A stretch of 64,000 nt of DNA from Halarcobacter sp. (GCA_963676565.1 OY781089.1:64001-128000); one strand, 5' to 3'; shown: positions 1 to 9,939, counted from the first letter of the stretch. Notes: generated from the sequence alone by a model not told the origin. Numbers and translations are program-made.

Positions 1-537
1 GAGGTAAGAAACCTTGCAAGTAGAAGTGCGGAAGCAGCAAAAGAGATTAAAAATTTAGTTGAAAATGCTACAACAAAAGCAAATGAAGGTAAAACAATTG
101 CTGATAATATGATTAAAGGATATTCTGATTTAAATAGTAAAGTTAGTGAAACAATTGAACTAATTGCAGATGTTGATTCTGCTTCTAAAGAGCAAGAAAC
201 AGGTATTGTTCAGATTAATGATGCTATTAACTCTTTAGATAAACAAACTCAAGAAAATGCAATGATTGCAAGTGAAACAAATGATATTGCAACTCAAACA
301 AATCAAATTGCAGAAATTATTCTAACTAGTGCAGATGAAAAAGAGTTTGAAGGTAAAACTTCTGTAAAAGCAAGGGATATAAAAGTTAGTAAAGCCTCAA
401 CTTCAATATCTACTAAGCCATATGAAGCAACTGCTAAACCAAAAGCAGAGATTAAAAAAGTAGAACCTAAAGCTACAAATTCACAAAAAACAGTAACTGC
501 AAATAATACTAACGATGATGAGTGGGAAAGCTTTTAA
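1..537 (+). CDS. Methyl-accepting chemotaxis protein, C-terminal part (runs off the window start)
   Basis: Frame is open from base 1 (EVRNLASRSAEAAKEIK, MCP signalling hairpin), contains EQETGIVQINDAINSLDKQTQENA and ends in pentapeptide EWESF. Confidence 0.9.
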   Translation, partial: EVRNLASRSAEAAKEIKNLVENATTKANEGKTIADNMIKGYSDLNSKVSETIELIADVDSASKEQETGIVQINDAINSLDKQTQENAMIASETNDIATQTNQIAEIILTSADEKEFEGKTSVKARDIKVSKASTSISTKPYEATAKPKAEIKKVEPKATNSQKTVTANNTNDDEWESF

Positions 538-546
538 TATAAAAAA

Positions 547-569
547 AGGATAGTTTTAAAAACTATCCT
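547..569. terminator. Inverted repeat between convergent MCP and thioredoxin-like genes
   Basis: AGGATAGTTTT-A-AAAACTATCCT preceded by an A-tract. Confidence 0.5.
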
Positions 570-942
570 CATTATCTAAAACCTTAAGAATATTCTCTTT
601 TTTTTGATAACCTTGAAATTCATATAAAATAGTTAACTCCCCATCATTTTTTTCAATAACATAAGAAGTGGGAAAATATTTTATAGAAAAAGAATACTTT
701 TCTAAAAGCTTTTTGAAAATATCACTAGAATCATTCACATAAAACATATATAAATCATCTCTAATCACATCAATCTCTTCAAGTACTCTTTTTTGTTTAG
801 CACACCAAGGACAGTAATCGGTACTAAATATAAGAAAGGTGTTTTTATCTTCTTTAATTTCATCAAGGGTTTTTAACTCTTTAATTTCTGAAGAGACTAA
901 AAAGCTTGATAGTACAAAAATTAAAAAAACAATCTTTCCCAT
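556..942 (-). CDS. Exported thioredoxin-fold protein
   Basis: Signal peptide, CPWC motif, FPT cis-Pro loop; ATG at 942 follows AAAGGG RBS. Confidence 0.75.
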   Translation of the reverse strand: MGKIVFLIFVLSSFLVSSEIKELKTLDEIKEDKNTFLIFSTDYCPWCAKQKRVLEEIDVIRDDLYMFYVNDSSDIFKKLLEKYSFSIKYFPTSYVIEKNDGELTILYEFQGYQKKENILKVLDNEDSF

Positions 943-954
943 AATCAATCCCTT

Positions 955-1497
955 TTATTTTACCAGTTTTGAAATCTCTTTAAATACTGGATTTTTTGCA
1001 TTTACAGTTAACTCAAATAATAATGATTCATAAGTTGTTGGAATCACTCCTGCTTGAATCATTCTTTGTATTGCCATCTCTTTATCTTTTTCTTTTCTTG
1101 AGTTAACACAATCAGTTACAAGAACAGGTTGAAAACCCTCTTCTAATAAATCAAGGGCTGTTTGTAAAACACAAACATGAGTCTCAATACCAGCTAAAAT
1201 AACAATCTTTTTACCTGTGTCTTTTATAGCACAAAGTCCATCTTCATTTCCACAACAAGAAAAACTTGTCTTCTCAAAATGTGGATATTCATCTGTTAAC
1301 TCTTTTAAACTTGCAATTGTTTCACCAATACCTTTTTTATATTGTTCGTTTACAATCATAGGAATTTCATGTAATTGTAAACCTTTTACTAATGTTACTA
1401 AGTTTTTTTCTAACTCTTCATTGTTTTGTATATGAGGAAATAACCTTTCTTGCACATCAACTTGAACAAATACACAATCTTCTGCTTTAATTCTCAT
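955..1497 (-). CDS. Isochorismatase-family hydrolase
   Basis: VDVQERL, EKTSFSC, GIETHVCVLQT motifs. Confidence 0.85.
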   Translation of the reverse strand: MRIKAEDCVFVQVDVQERLFPHIQNNEELEKNLVTLVKGLQLHEIPMIVNEQYKKGIGETIASLKELTDEYPHFEKTSFSCCGNEDGLCAIKDTGKKIVILAGIETHVCVLQTALDLLEEGFQPVLVTDCVNSRKEKDKEMAIQRMIQAGVIPTTYESLLFELTVNAKNPVFKEISKLVK

Positions 1498-1583
1498 TAA
1501 CTACTCCTAAAAAATAGTCCCTATTTTTTAGGGACTTTGAATTTATTTTATATTAACAAAACTTCGTAACATTAAACTAGCAT

Positions 1584-2525
1584 TTAATCTTCAAATGCTA
1601 CTTTTTCAGCACGAGCTAATAACTCCTTAGCCCCTTGGTCAATAAATGTTTGAGCTAAATTTTTACCTAAATTTTCAAAGTTTTCAAGATCTGCAACTAT
1701 ATCTTCTTGGATATATTCACTACCATCTGGCATACCAACTATTGCTTTTACATCAATAGAGTTTTCATCTAAAATTGTTGCTTTTACTCCAATTGGAACT
1801 TGACAACCACCCTCTAATGTTCTTACAAAATCTCTTTCAATAGTTGATTCAATATGTGCATTTTTATCATGTAATACAGAAACAATATCAATAATCTCTT
1901 TATTATCTAAAGTTTCAATACCTAAAGTTGCTTGCCCCATAGATGGAATCATATCATCTGTTGAAATAGGTTTGAAATATTTTACCTCATCTTCTATTTG
2001 AAGTTTTTGTAATCCAGTTGCAGCAAGAATAATTGCATCATACTCACCAGCTTTTAATTTTGCAATTCTAGTGTTGATGTTTCCTCTTAAATCTTTTAAA
2101 ACAATATCTGGTCTTAAAAGTTTTAATTCTAATCTTCTTCTTAAACTTGTTGTTCCAACAACTGCACCATTTGGTAAATCATGAAGACCTTCATATTTTT
2201 CACTTAAAAAAGCATCCCTTGGATCAAATCTTTTTGTAACTGCAGCTAATGCAAATCCCTCTTCAAAATTAACAGGAACATCTTTTAAACTATGTACAGC
2301 TATATGAGCTTCTTTTGAAGCAAGTGCAATCTCAAGCTCTTTTGTAAATAATCCCTTACCTCCAATTTTTGCTAAAGGTACATCTAAAATCTTATCAGCT
2401 TTTGTAGAAAATGTTTTTAACTCAATCTCCATATCTGGGTAATGTTTATTTAATTCAGCTTTTATATATTCACTTTGCCATAGTGCTAATTTGCTTTTCC
2501 TTGTTGCAATTATCAATTTTTCCAT
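1584..2525 (-). CDS. hemC: Porphobilinogen deaminase
   Basis: ATRKSKLALWQ, GKGLFTKE, AVHSLKD, GTTSLRR, LEGGCQVP. Confidence 0.97.
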   Translation of the reverse strand: MEKLIIATRKSKLALWQSEYIKAELNKHYPDMEIELKTFSTKADKILDVPLAKIGGKGLFTKELEIALASKEAHIAVHSLKDVPVNFEEGFALAAVTKRFDPRDAFLSEKYEGLHDLPNGAVVGTTSLRRRLELKLLRPDIVLKDLRGNINTRIAKLKAGEYDAIILAATGLQKLQIEDEVKYFKPISTDDMIPSMGQATLGIETLDNKEIIDIVSVLHDKNAHIESTIERDFVRTLEGGCQVPIGVKATILDENSIDVKAIVGMPDGSEYIQEDIVADLENFENLGKNLAQTFIDQGAKELLARAEKVAFED

Positions 2526-2526
2526 T

Positions 2527-3363
2527 CTAATTTCCTAACATTTCATATTTTAATTTTGATTTATCTTGCTCACCATTAACAAAAATAGTTGGTGTTCCTT
2601 GAACCATCACATTATCTCCTTTAGAGATATCAGCTGATAATTCATCTCCAATTTTTTCATTTTTGATATCGTTTATTGTGTATGAAGTATTAAACTCTTT
2701 ATTGAACCCATCAATAACTTTTTGAGCATTTGTCTCTTTTGAATCAAAATATTTATCCCAATCTGCTTCATATACTTTTAATTCAATATCAGTCATCCCA
2801 TCATTTTTTGCGACTACCATAAGAGCTGATAAAGGGGCAGATGCTGGATGAATTCTTAATAATGGGAAATGATAATAATACAATGCAATACTATCTTTAT
2901 GTTTTTTTACATAATTTATTACATCAGGTAAATAATCCATACAAAAAGGGCATAAAGGGTCTGAAAATACAACTAGCTTATCTTTTGCTTTAGGATTTCC
3001 TGCAATTAATTTTTTTTCATCATAATAATCTTTAGTTAATGTTGGATTCATCAAATCTTTTAATGCCATACCTGTTTTTATATCAAAAAGTTCAGGGGCA
3101 ATAATCTCACCATTTGAAAAAACAACATCTTTTGCTTTTATCTCTTTTCCTGCCATTTTTGCATCTAAATCAATGATATATCCATACCAACCTTTTTGTG
3201 GCATCTCTTTTTTAGTATTTATTTTTACACTATTAATCTCTACTCTTTTATTTTTTGAAAATCTTTCTTTCTCAAATTTAAGTACATTATCATCAACAGT
3301 ATCATTTGCTAATAAACTTCCAAACATTAGTGCTGTTGCACCAATAACTGATATTAATTTCAT
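2527..3363 (-). CDS. Periplasmic Dsb-family (DsbA/DsbG-like) thiol:disulfide oxidoreductase
   Basis: Signal peptide, FSDPLCPFC, HFPL, GTPTIFVNG. Confidence 0.8.
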   Translation of the reverse strand: MKLISVIGATALMFGSLLANDTVDDNVLKFEKERFSKNKRVEINSVKINTKKEMPQKGWYGYIIDLDAKMAGKEIKAKDVVFSNGEIIAPELFDIKTGMALKDLMNPTLTKDYYDEKKLIAGNPKAKDKLVVFSDPLCPFCMDYLPDVINYVKKHKDSIALYYYHFPLLRIHPASAPLSALMVVAKNDGMTDIELKVYEADWDKYFDSKETNAQKVIDGFNKEFNTSYTINDIKNEKIGDELSADISKGDNVMVQGTPTIFVNGEQDKSKLKYEMLGN

Positions 3364-3427
3364 TTATGTCCTTTCATAGTCTTTTCATATCTTAAACCAA
3401 GAATTATATTCTTAACAAACTTAAGAG

Positions 3428-5476
3428 TTAAGTTTTAGTCTTAACAGTGATTTTCTTAATATGAAACAACTCTTTTGTTGTATTTAATTGACTAGAATTT
3501 AGTATATCATTTAACTGTAATTCTTTTTGAGAAGGGCTAGGATTTGCTGTTTTTTGCATATCTGCAACACAACCAGAACCAACTTCTATGTCTTCAATCA
3601 TTGAGCCTGAATCAGTATTTGTTTCTTCCAAAGTATCAGGCTTTTCATTACTTTGGAAGTTATCCTTTTTTGAAACGGGTTCCTCTTTAATAAATTCTAT
3701 TTCAATATTCTCACCAAAAATATCATATATAAAAAGTTTTAATATTCCATAATGTTTTAGTAAAAACTTTCTTTCATCACCTTGTGCATAAGAACTAATT
3801 TCAAGTTTATTATTTGAAAAGTTTTTATAAACAAAATTTTTCTCAAAGGCTTCACCTAACTCATCATCTCTCTCATAAACCTTTGCAATCAATTGTTTAT
3901 ATGCCTTTGTATTTTCATCAACTACTTCATCCCTAGCTTGAGGAATTGGTTCATAAATTGGTTCTTCTACAATTGAGTCTTCATTAATCTCTTGAATTGT
4001 TTCACTAGATATTTCTTGAACTGTTTCATTAGGTATTTCATCAGATATCTTTTGAATTGGTTCTTCAATCACCTCATTTTGTTTTTCTTCTATAGGTGCT
4101 GTGAAGCCTTCATCAAAAGGGTTTGGAAAAGGATTAGTATTTTGTTCAACAACTTCAATTGGTTGAACAGTAGGTATTGCATTTATACTATCTGTTGAAA
4201 TTGTTGTTTCATTTTCGATTTCTACAATCTCTTCAATTTCATTTTCTTCTATTTCTGCTGGAGTTTCTTCATTTAAGGCTTTTTTATTTTCCATAAATGT
4301 TTCATCAACTTTTACTACCACATCATCATAGGCATGGTTAATATCATTATGTGCATGTTCTACAACTTTTTCTTTAGAGATTACATCTTTAATTACAGGT
4401 TTAACCTCAATATCTTGAACTTGATTTATAATCTCATCAATAGTTTTTAAATTTGTTGCTTCAACCATTTTTGATAAAGTTAAAATCAAAACAAATCCAC
4501 CATCTGAATTTATTGCTAATAGATGTTTTGCATCACTTAGTATTCTAAAGAATCTATCAAATAAAAGAATATTAAATTTTGCATCTTTTTCAAGCATTTT
4601 TTGTTTTAAATATATTGTCATCTCATCACAAACTTGTGATATCTCATAGTTTTCTAATTCTTGTACTAATTTAGTGAAATCTTGTTTTCTTAATATAGTG
4701 TCAAAAAGTTCATCCATAAGTTTGGGTTCAATAAGTCCCAACATATCAACAACAGCAGTTGTTGTAATCTTACCCTTTGAAAAGATTATTGCTTGGTCTA
4801 ATAAAGTTAAGGTATCCCTTAAACTTCCTTGTCCTGTTCTTGATAATATCTCTAAAGCATCAGTTTCAAAATCAATATTTTCTTCATTTAAAATATGTGA
4901 TAAATGATGCATAACATCAGAGTTTGCAATTTTATTAAATCTAAAATGTTGAGTTCTACTTAAAATAGTTGCTGGAAGTTTAAGTGGATCTGTTGTTGCA
5001 AGTATAAACTTTACAAACCCTGGAGGTTCTTCTAAAGTTTTAAGTAAGGCATTAAATGCTTGAGTTGTAAGCATATGAACCTCATCGATTATAAAGACTT
5101 TAAATCGGGCACTACTTGGTTTATATTTCGTATGTTCAATTAAATCTTTAATATCATCAATACCCCTATTTGATGCGGCATCCATCTCTATAATATCAAG
5201 GTGTTTGTTTGTATTTGCACTTTGACAATTTTCACACACTTCACAAGGTCTTGATGTAGGTCCATTTGAACACAATAGTGCCTTTGCCATAATTCTAGCA
5301 GTAGAGGTTTTACCACTTCCCCTTAGTCCACTAAAAAGATAGGCATGGGATAATCTACTTGAATCTAAAGCTAAAGACAAAGTTTGAGAGATTGTTGTTT
5401 GTCCAACTAAGTCTTCAAATCTTTTTGGTCTATATTTTAATGCTAACACCCTATTCTCTACAATTTTTTCATCCAT
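3428..5476 (-). CDS. dnaX: DNA polymerase III subunit gamma/tau
   Basis: ALKYRP, GLRGSGKT Walker A, Cys zinc module, IIDEVHML, SRT; long acidic linker. Confidence 0.96.
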   Translation of the reverse strand: MDEKIVENRVLALKYRPKRFEDLVGQTTISQTLSLALDSSRLSHAYLFSGLRGSGKTSTARIMAKALLCSNGPTSRPCEVCENCQSANTNKHLDIIEMDAASNRGIDDIKDLIEHTKYKPSSARFKVFIIDEVHMLTTQAFNALLKTLEEPPGFVKFILATTDPLKLPATILSRTQHFRFNKIANSDVMHHLSHILNEENIDFETDALEILSRTGQGSLRDTLTLLDQAIIFSKGKITTTAVVDMLGLIEPKLMDELFDTILRKQDFTKLVQELENYEISQVCDEMTIYLKQKMLEKDAKFNILLFDRFFRILSDAKHLLAINSDGGFVLILTLSKMVEATNLKTIDEIINQVQDIEVKPVIKDVISKEKVVEHAHNDINHAYDDVVVKVDETFMENKKALNEETPAEIEENEIEEIVEIENETTISTDSINAIPTVQPIEVVEQNTNPFPNPFDEGFTAPIEEKQNEVIEEPIQKISDEIPNETVQEISSETIQEINEDSIVEEPIYEPIPQARDEVVDENTKAYKQLIAKVYERDDELGEAFEKNFVYKNFSNNKLEISSYAQGDERKFLLKHYGILKLFIYDIFGENIEIEFIKEEPVSKKDNFQSNEKPDTLEETNTDSGSMIEDIEVGSGCVADMQKTANPSPSQKELQLNDILNSSQLNTTKELFHIKKITVKTKT
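3625..3685 (-). other. Candidate -1 programmed ribosomal frameshift cassette in dnaX
   Basis: mRNA sense: GAGG, 10 nt, in-frame A-AAA-AAG (3671-3665), 5 nt, perfect 11-bp stem CTTCCAAAGTA/TACTTTGGAAG; -1 frame reads GGA TAA. Confidence 0.6.
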
Positions 5477-6266
5477 TAATATCCCTTACTTTTATCTTTC
5501 CACCAATTGTATATTTATCTAATATTAAATTAACCATATTTAAATTTATATCTTTTGTATAATAAAGTTTGATATCTAAATCCCCTTTATTAATATGTCC
5601 CTTTTTAGAGCTTAAATCTTCAAGCCTTTTTGCTATTGCAAAACCAGTCTCGATTAAATTAATATCTTTACCCATATAATCTTTTATAATATCTGCAACT
5701 AATGGGTAGTGAGTACAACCTAAAACAATTGTATCAACACCATTTTTTTTCATAGGCTCTAACCAGTTTTTTAACATTTCATGTGTTTTACTATCTTCAA
5801 TCATTCCATTTTCAATTTTCTCAACTAAACCTGGACATGCTTGTTCAAATAATCTTATCTCTTTTAAAATAGCTAAATCATTAAGCAAACTTTGGTATTT
5901 TTGCCCCTTTAATGTAGCACTTGTCGCTAGAACTCCTACACTATTACTTCTTGTAATATTAATTGCAGGTTTGATACCAGGTTCAGTTCCAATAACTATT
6001 AAATCTTTAAACTTCATTCTAAGTTCTTTTACAGCAGCTGATGTAGCTGTATTACATGCAATAATTAAAGCTTCAATGTTATGATTTTTTATCAAATATT
6101 TAGTAATAGATAAAGAGTGTTTTAAAATCTCTTCTTTACTCTTTTCTCCATAGGGAGCATATTCAGTATCAGCTATATAAAAAATTTCAGCCCCTTTAAA
6201 TAGCTTTGAAATCTCTTTTACAACTGTTAAACCACCAAGACCTGAATCAAAAATCCCAACTTTCAA
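5469..6266 (-). CDS. murI: Glutamate racemase
   Basis: FDSGLGG, IACNTA, LGCTHYP; TTG start. Confidence 0.96.
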   Translation of the reverse strand: MKVGIFDSGLGGLTVVKEISKLFKGAEIFYIADTEYAPYGEKSKEEILKHSLSITKYLIKNHNIEALIIACNTATSAAVKELRMKFKDLIVIGTEPGIKPAINITRSNSVGVLATSATLKGQKYQSLLNDLAILKEIRLFEQACPGLVEKIENGMIEDSKTHEMLKNWLEPMKKNGVDTIVLGCTHYPLVADIIKDYMGKDINLIETGFAIAKRLEDLSSKKGHINKGDLDIKLYYTKDINLNMVNLILDKYTIGGKIKVRDING

Positions 6267-6272
6267 TAAATA

Positions 6273-6411
6273 CCTTTAAAAGTTCCTACTTTTAAAGGAA
6301 CCATATATTTATGACTACTTTTTAGCAAGATTTATAAAAAACTTTAAAAGTAGCAAAATCCTAAAGAGTACAACTAATTGTACTTAAAATAAATTAATGA
6401 GGATTATATCA
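6273..6411 (-). promoter_or_regulatory. murI promoter (TG-A-TATAAT) and structured ~130-nt 5' leader
   Basis: -10 at 6408-6403; 11-bp hairpin over the RBS (6273-6298); competing 12-bp helix with 6342-6353. Confidence 0.45.
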
Positions 6412-6465
6412 AAAAAGTTATAACTAATTTGTTAAAATAAAATATATAAATTGCTAAGGAGCTTT

Positions 6466-7128
6466 ATGTTTTTTCATTTCCATCCATATAAACCTTTTTT
6501 AAATAAAGATACAAAAACTATAATAATGGGAACCCTACCACCACCTAGATTTTGTATAGAAGAATATATAAAAGAGGATGTACTTTTTTGTTATGGTTCA
6601 AAGGATAATCTTCTGTGGAAAGTTCTTAATAAAATCTATAATCTAAATTTACTTTTTGATAATTCACAAGAAGCAATAGAACAAAGAAAATCATTTTTAG
6701 TAAAAAATAAAATTGGTATTTGTGATATAGTAGAATCTTGCCAAAGGGGAAAAATTGATGCAAGTGATATTGGTATGAAAGATATTAAATTAAGAGATAT
6801 ACTCTATTATTTGGACAAATATAACAAGATTTCAACTATTATCTTTACTGGTGGGCTTTGTAAAAATTCACCTGAATATTTTTTAAGAAAAATTCTAAAA
6901 GAGCAAAATATTATGTTTGAAAATATCTCAAATGAAATTCCTAAAACCCACCAATTTTTATTTAACAAAAGAATAATAAAAACCATAAGTCTAAGTTCTC
7001 CATCTAATGCTGCAAATAGAAGTATCGGTGCAAATAAAAATTTTAAAAAAAATAAAAAACTTAATAAAAACTATACCACCTTTGATTTTAGGGTATCTCA
7101 ATATAAAGATGTATTTAAACTAGTATAA
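6466..7128 (+). CDS. Uracil-DNA glycosylase superfamily protein
   Basis: HPY, GTLPP, FCYGSKDNLLW, SPSNAAN motifs; AAGGAG RBS favours ATG at 6466. Confidence 0.75.
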   Translation: MFFHFHPYKPFLNKDTKTIIMGTLPPPRFCIEEYIKEDVLFCYGSKDNLLWKVLNKIYNLNLLFDNSQEAIEQRKSFLVKNKIGICDIVESCQRGKIDASDIGMKDIKLRDILYYLDKYNKISTIIFTGGLCKNSPEYFLRKILKEQNIMFENISNEIPKTHQFLFNKRIIKTISLSSPSNAANRSIGANKNFKKNKKLNKNYTTFDFRVSQYKDVFKLV

Positions 7129-7212
7129 AAATTTAAATTTTATTTAAGTATAACTTTAAATTTATTTTATTATAATTTTGAATGATTATTCATTTACATT
7201 TAGGAGAGAGAA

Positions 7213-7308
7213 ATGTTTATACAAGAAACACTATTATTCGTGGTATTTGGATTAGCCGCTTTTACTGCAGCTTCGTGGTTTATAACTTTTTTTGTGAAAG
7301 AAAATTGA
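7213..7308 (+). CDS. Unannotated 31-aa single-pass membrane peptide (MFIQETLLFVVFGLAAFTAASWFITFFVKEN)
   Basis: TATAAT at 7171-7176, AGGAG RBS at 7202-7206, one hydrophobic helix, downstream hairpin. Confidence 0.65.
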   Translation: MFIQETLLFVVFGLAAFTAASWFITFFVKEN

Positions 7309-7314
7309 TTTTTA

Positions 7315-7345
7315 AGAGCCATTTGAAAAGATTCAAAATGGCTCT
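7315..7345. terminator. Hairpin between the convergent small ORF and metQ
   Basis: AGAGCCATTT...AAATGGCTCT 10-bp arms. Confidence 0.6.
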
Positions 7346-7350
7346 ATAAT

Positions 7351-8172
7351 TTAAAATGCTTCTACAATAGCACCATTATATTTTTCAAGGATGAATTTTT
7401 TAATCTCATCTGAGTTTAATACTTCATCTAATGCTTTGATATATTCCTTATTTTCATTACCAGCTTTTACTGCAACAATATTTGCATATGGAGAATCTTT
7501 TGATTCAATAACTAAGGCATCTTTTAAGGGATTTAAATTAGCAGCTAATGCATAATTTGTATTGATAATTGCTGCGTCAATTTCATCGATAACTCTTGGT
7601 AATTGAGGAGCATCTAATTCTTCAATTTTTAAATTCTTCGGATTTTCTATAATATCAAGTGCAGTTTTAAATTCTACATCTTTGAATTTTAATAAACCTT
7701 GTTTAACTAAGATATCTAATGCTCTACTTCCATTTGTTGGGTCATTTGGAACAGCAATTGTTGCACCATCTTTTAATTCACTAATATTTTTGATTTTCTT
7801 TGAATATAATCCCATTGGTTCTAAATGAACATTTACTGTTTTTACTATATTTGTATTTTTGTTTTTATTAAACTCTTCTAAATATGGTAAATGTTGGAAA
7901 AAGTTAGCATCTAATTCACCCTCATCAACAGCAATATTTGGAGTAACATAATCTGTAAACTCAACAATCTCTAAATCATAACCTTTCTGCTTTAATAAAG
8001 GTTTTGCAGCTTCTAAAATTTCTGCGTGAGGAACTGGTGTAGCTCCAACTTTAATTACAGTTTTTTTCTCTTCAACTTTAACATTTTCTTTTTTCTCTTC
8101 ACTGCCTGTACAAGCAGTTAAACCTAAAGCAACTGCCCCTGCAATTGCAAACTTTAAAATATTTTTTATCAT
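7351..8172 (-). CDS. metQ: Methionine ABC transporter lipoprotein (MetQ/NlpA)
   Basis: Lipobox LTAC, GATPVPH, DANFFQH, VPNDPTNGSRAL. Confidence 0.92.
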   Translation of the reverse strand: MIKNILKFAIAGAVALGLTACTGSEEKKENVKVEEKKTVIKVGATPVPHAEILEAAKPLLKQKGYDLEIVEFTDYVTPNIAVDEGELDANFFQHLPYLEEFNKNKNTNIVKTVNVHLEPMGLYSKKIKNISELKDGATIAVPNDPTNGSRALDILVKQGLLKFKDVEFKTALDIIENPKNLKIEELDAPQLPRVIDEIDAAIINTNYALAANLNPLKDALVIESKDSPYANIVAVKAGNENKEYIKALDEVLNSDEIKKFILEKYNGAIVEAF

Positions 8173-8181
8173 GTATATCCT

Positions 8182-8820
8182 TTATTTTTTAGTTTTTTTA
8201 TAAATATAATCGCCAGCACTTTGACATACTTGCACTAAGGCAATTAGTATTAGTACTGTATAAATCATAGTTTCAGTTTGAAATCTGTAATACCCATATT
8301 TAATGGCTACATCTCCTAAACCTCCACCACCAACAGCTCCTGCCATAGCAGAAAATCCAACAACAGTAATTAGTGTTAATGTAATTGCAGAAATAATACT
8401 TGGTAATGCTTCTACAAGCATTACTTTGAAGATTATTTGAAAATCACTTGCTCCAAATGATTTTGCAGCTTCTATTACCCCTTGGTCTACTTCTTTAAAA
8501 GCACTTTCAATAAGTCTTGCAATAAAAGGAGCAGCTCCTATTGTAAGAGGGATAATTGCAGCTGTTGTACCAATACTTTTTCCTATTAAAAATTTTGTTA
8601 GGGGAAATAACACAATCATCAATATAATAAAAGGAAATGATCTTAAAGTATTAATTACAACATCAAGCACTGAATAGATTTTTAGATTCTCTTTTAAACC
8701 ATCTTTCGAAGTTAGTATTAAAATAATTGCAAAGAAAAAACCAATAACTACTGCAAAAAATGTTGAAACAAACGACATATAAACCGTTTCACCTAGTGCA
8801 GGTAATAATATATCAACCAT
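8182..8820 (-). CDS. metI: Methionine ABC transporter permease
   Basis: RSFPFIIL, EAA loop, GGGGLG; ATG at 8820 overlaps metN stop (TAATG). Confidence 0.92.
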   Translation of the reverse strand: MVDILLPALGETVYMSFVSTFFAVVIGFFFAIILILTSKDGLKENLKIYSVLDVVINTLRSFPFIILMIVLFPLTKFLIGKSIGTTAAIIPLTIGAAPFIARLIESAFKEVDQGVIEAAKSFGASDFQIIFKVMLVEALPSIISAITLTLITVVGFSAMAGAVGGGGLGDVAIKYGYYRFQTETMIYTVLILIALVQVCQSAGDYIYKKTKK

Positions 8821-9776
8821 TATAATACCTCCCAAACAATATCATGTTCTTTTATATAATCAGTAACTTTTCGTCTATCTTCTTCTTTTATGTTTATAAC
8901 CATATTTCCAACAATATGAGTATTAATCTCTTCTAATTTACCCCAAACAATATTGAAGTCCATATTTAATTCTCTTGCCATTTTAGTAATAAAAGATTGA
9001 TATGCATTATCTTTAGGGAAATATAATTTTATATTTACACCTTCATTTGGTACAACCTCAATCTCCCCTAAAAACTCTTTCATCTTTTCATCTGGTTTTA
9101 AAAATAACTCTTCAGTATCATCAAAACCAATAATATTTCCATGATCAAGCAATAATGCTTTTTGTGCAATTTGCTTAACAACTTCCATCTCATGGGTTAC
9201 TATTACTATGGTGATATTTAGTTTTTCATTAATCTCTTTTAATAGATTTAATATCGATGTAGTAGTATTTGGATCAAGTGCAGAAGTAGCCTCATCAGAA
9301 AGTAGAATCTCAGGATCCAAAGTTAATGCTCTTGCTATAGCAACACGCTGTTTTTGTCCTCCACTTAACTCTTTTGGATAAGAATCAAGTTTATTTTCAA
9401 GTCCAACTAATGCTAAAAGTTCTTTTACTTTTTTATCAATCTCACTTTTTGTATATCCCCAAAGTTGCATTGGAAGTGCAACATTTTCAAATACAGTTTT
9501 TCTTTGGATTAATGAAAAATGTTGGAAAATCATCCCAATATTTTTTCTAAAGCTTCTAAGTTCTTCTTTTTTTAGAGTTTTTATCTCTTTATTATTAACT
9601 TTTAATGAACCCTCACTATAATCTTCAAGACCATTAATACATCTAAGAAGTGTAGATTTACCTGCACCACTATGCCCTACAATAGAGAATACTTCACCCC
9701 TTTTTATATCAATTGAAATATTATTTAAAACTTTTGTTTTTCCATAATATTTATTTAAATTTTTAATATTAATCAT
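8820..9776 (-). CDS. metN: Methionine ABC transporter ATPase
   Basis: [26 protein letters not shown]-terminal NIL-like domain. Confidence 0.92.
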   Translation of the reverse strand: MINIKNLNKYYGKTKVLNNISIDIKRGEVFSIVGHSGAGKSTLLRCINGLEDYSEGSLKVNNKEIKTLKKEELRSFRKNIGMIFQHFSLIQRKTVFENVALPMQLWGYTKSEIDKKVKELLALVGLENKLDSYPKELSGGQKQRVAIARALTLDPEILLSDEATSALDPNTTTSILNLLKEINEKLNITIVIVTHEMEVVKQIAQKALLLDHGNIIGFDDTEELFLKPDEKMKEFLGEIEVVPNEGVNIKLYFPKDNAYQSFITKMARELNMDFNIVWGKLEEINTHIVGNMVINIKEEDRRKVTDYIKEHDIVWEVL

Positions 9777-9939
9777 AATAGATCCTTATAAGGTCGGAAT
9801 ATTATAGAAAAAATAATAAGTTTTAAATTAAAAAGACAATTTATATGTAACTTTTTAAGAATTATGATGATTATTTATTGGAGAGGTAGCAAAACTTATA
9901 AAAAGTTTTGCTACTAAATTTAATATGTATTTATTTAGA

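Noticed and set aside
9777..9939. SAM riboswitch upstream of metN
   Set aside because: The -10 lies close to the start, leaving a short leader; the 12-bp hairpin at 9886-9914 is better explained as a 3' structure of rho
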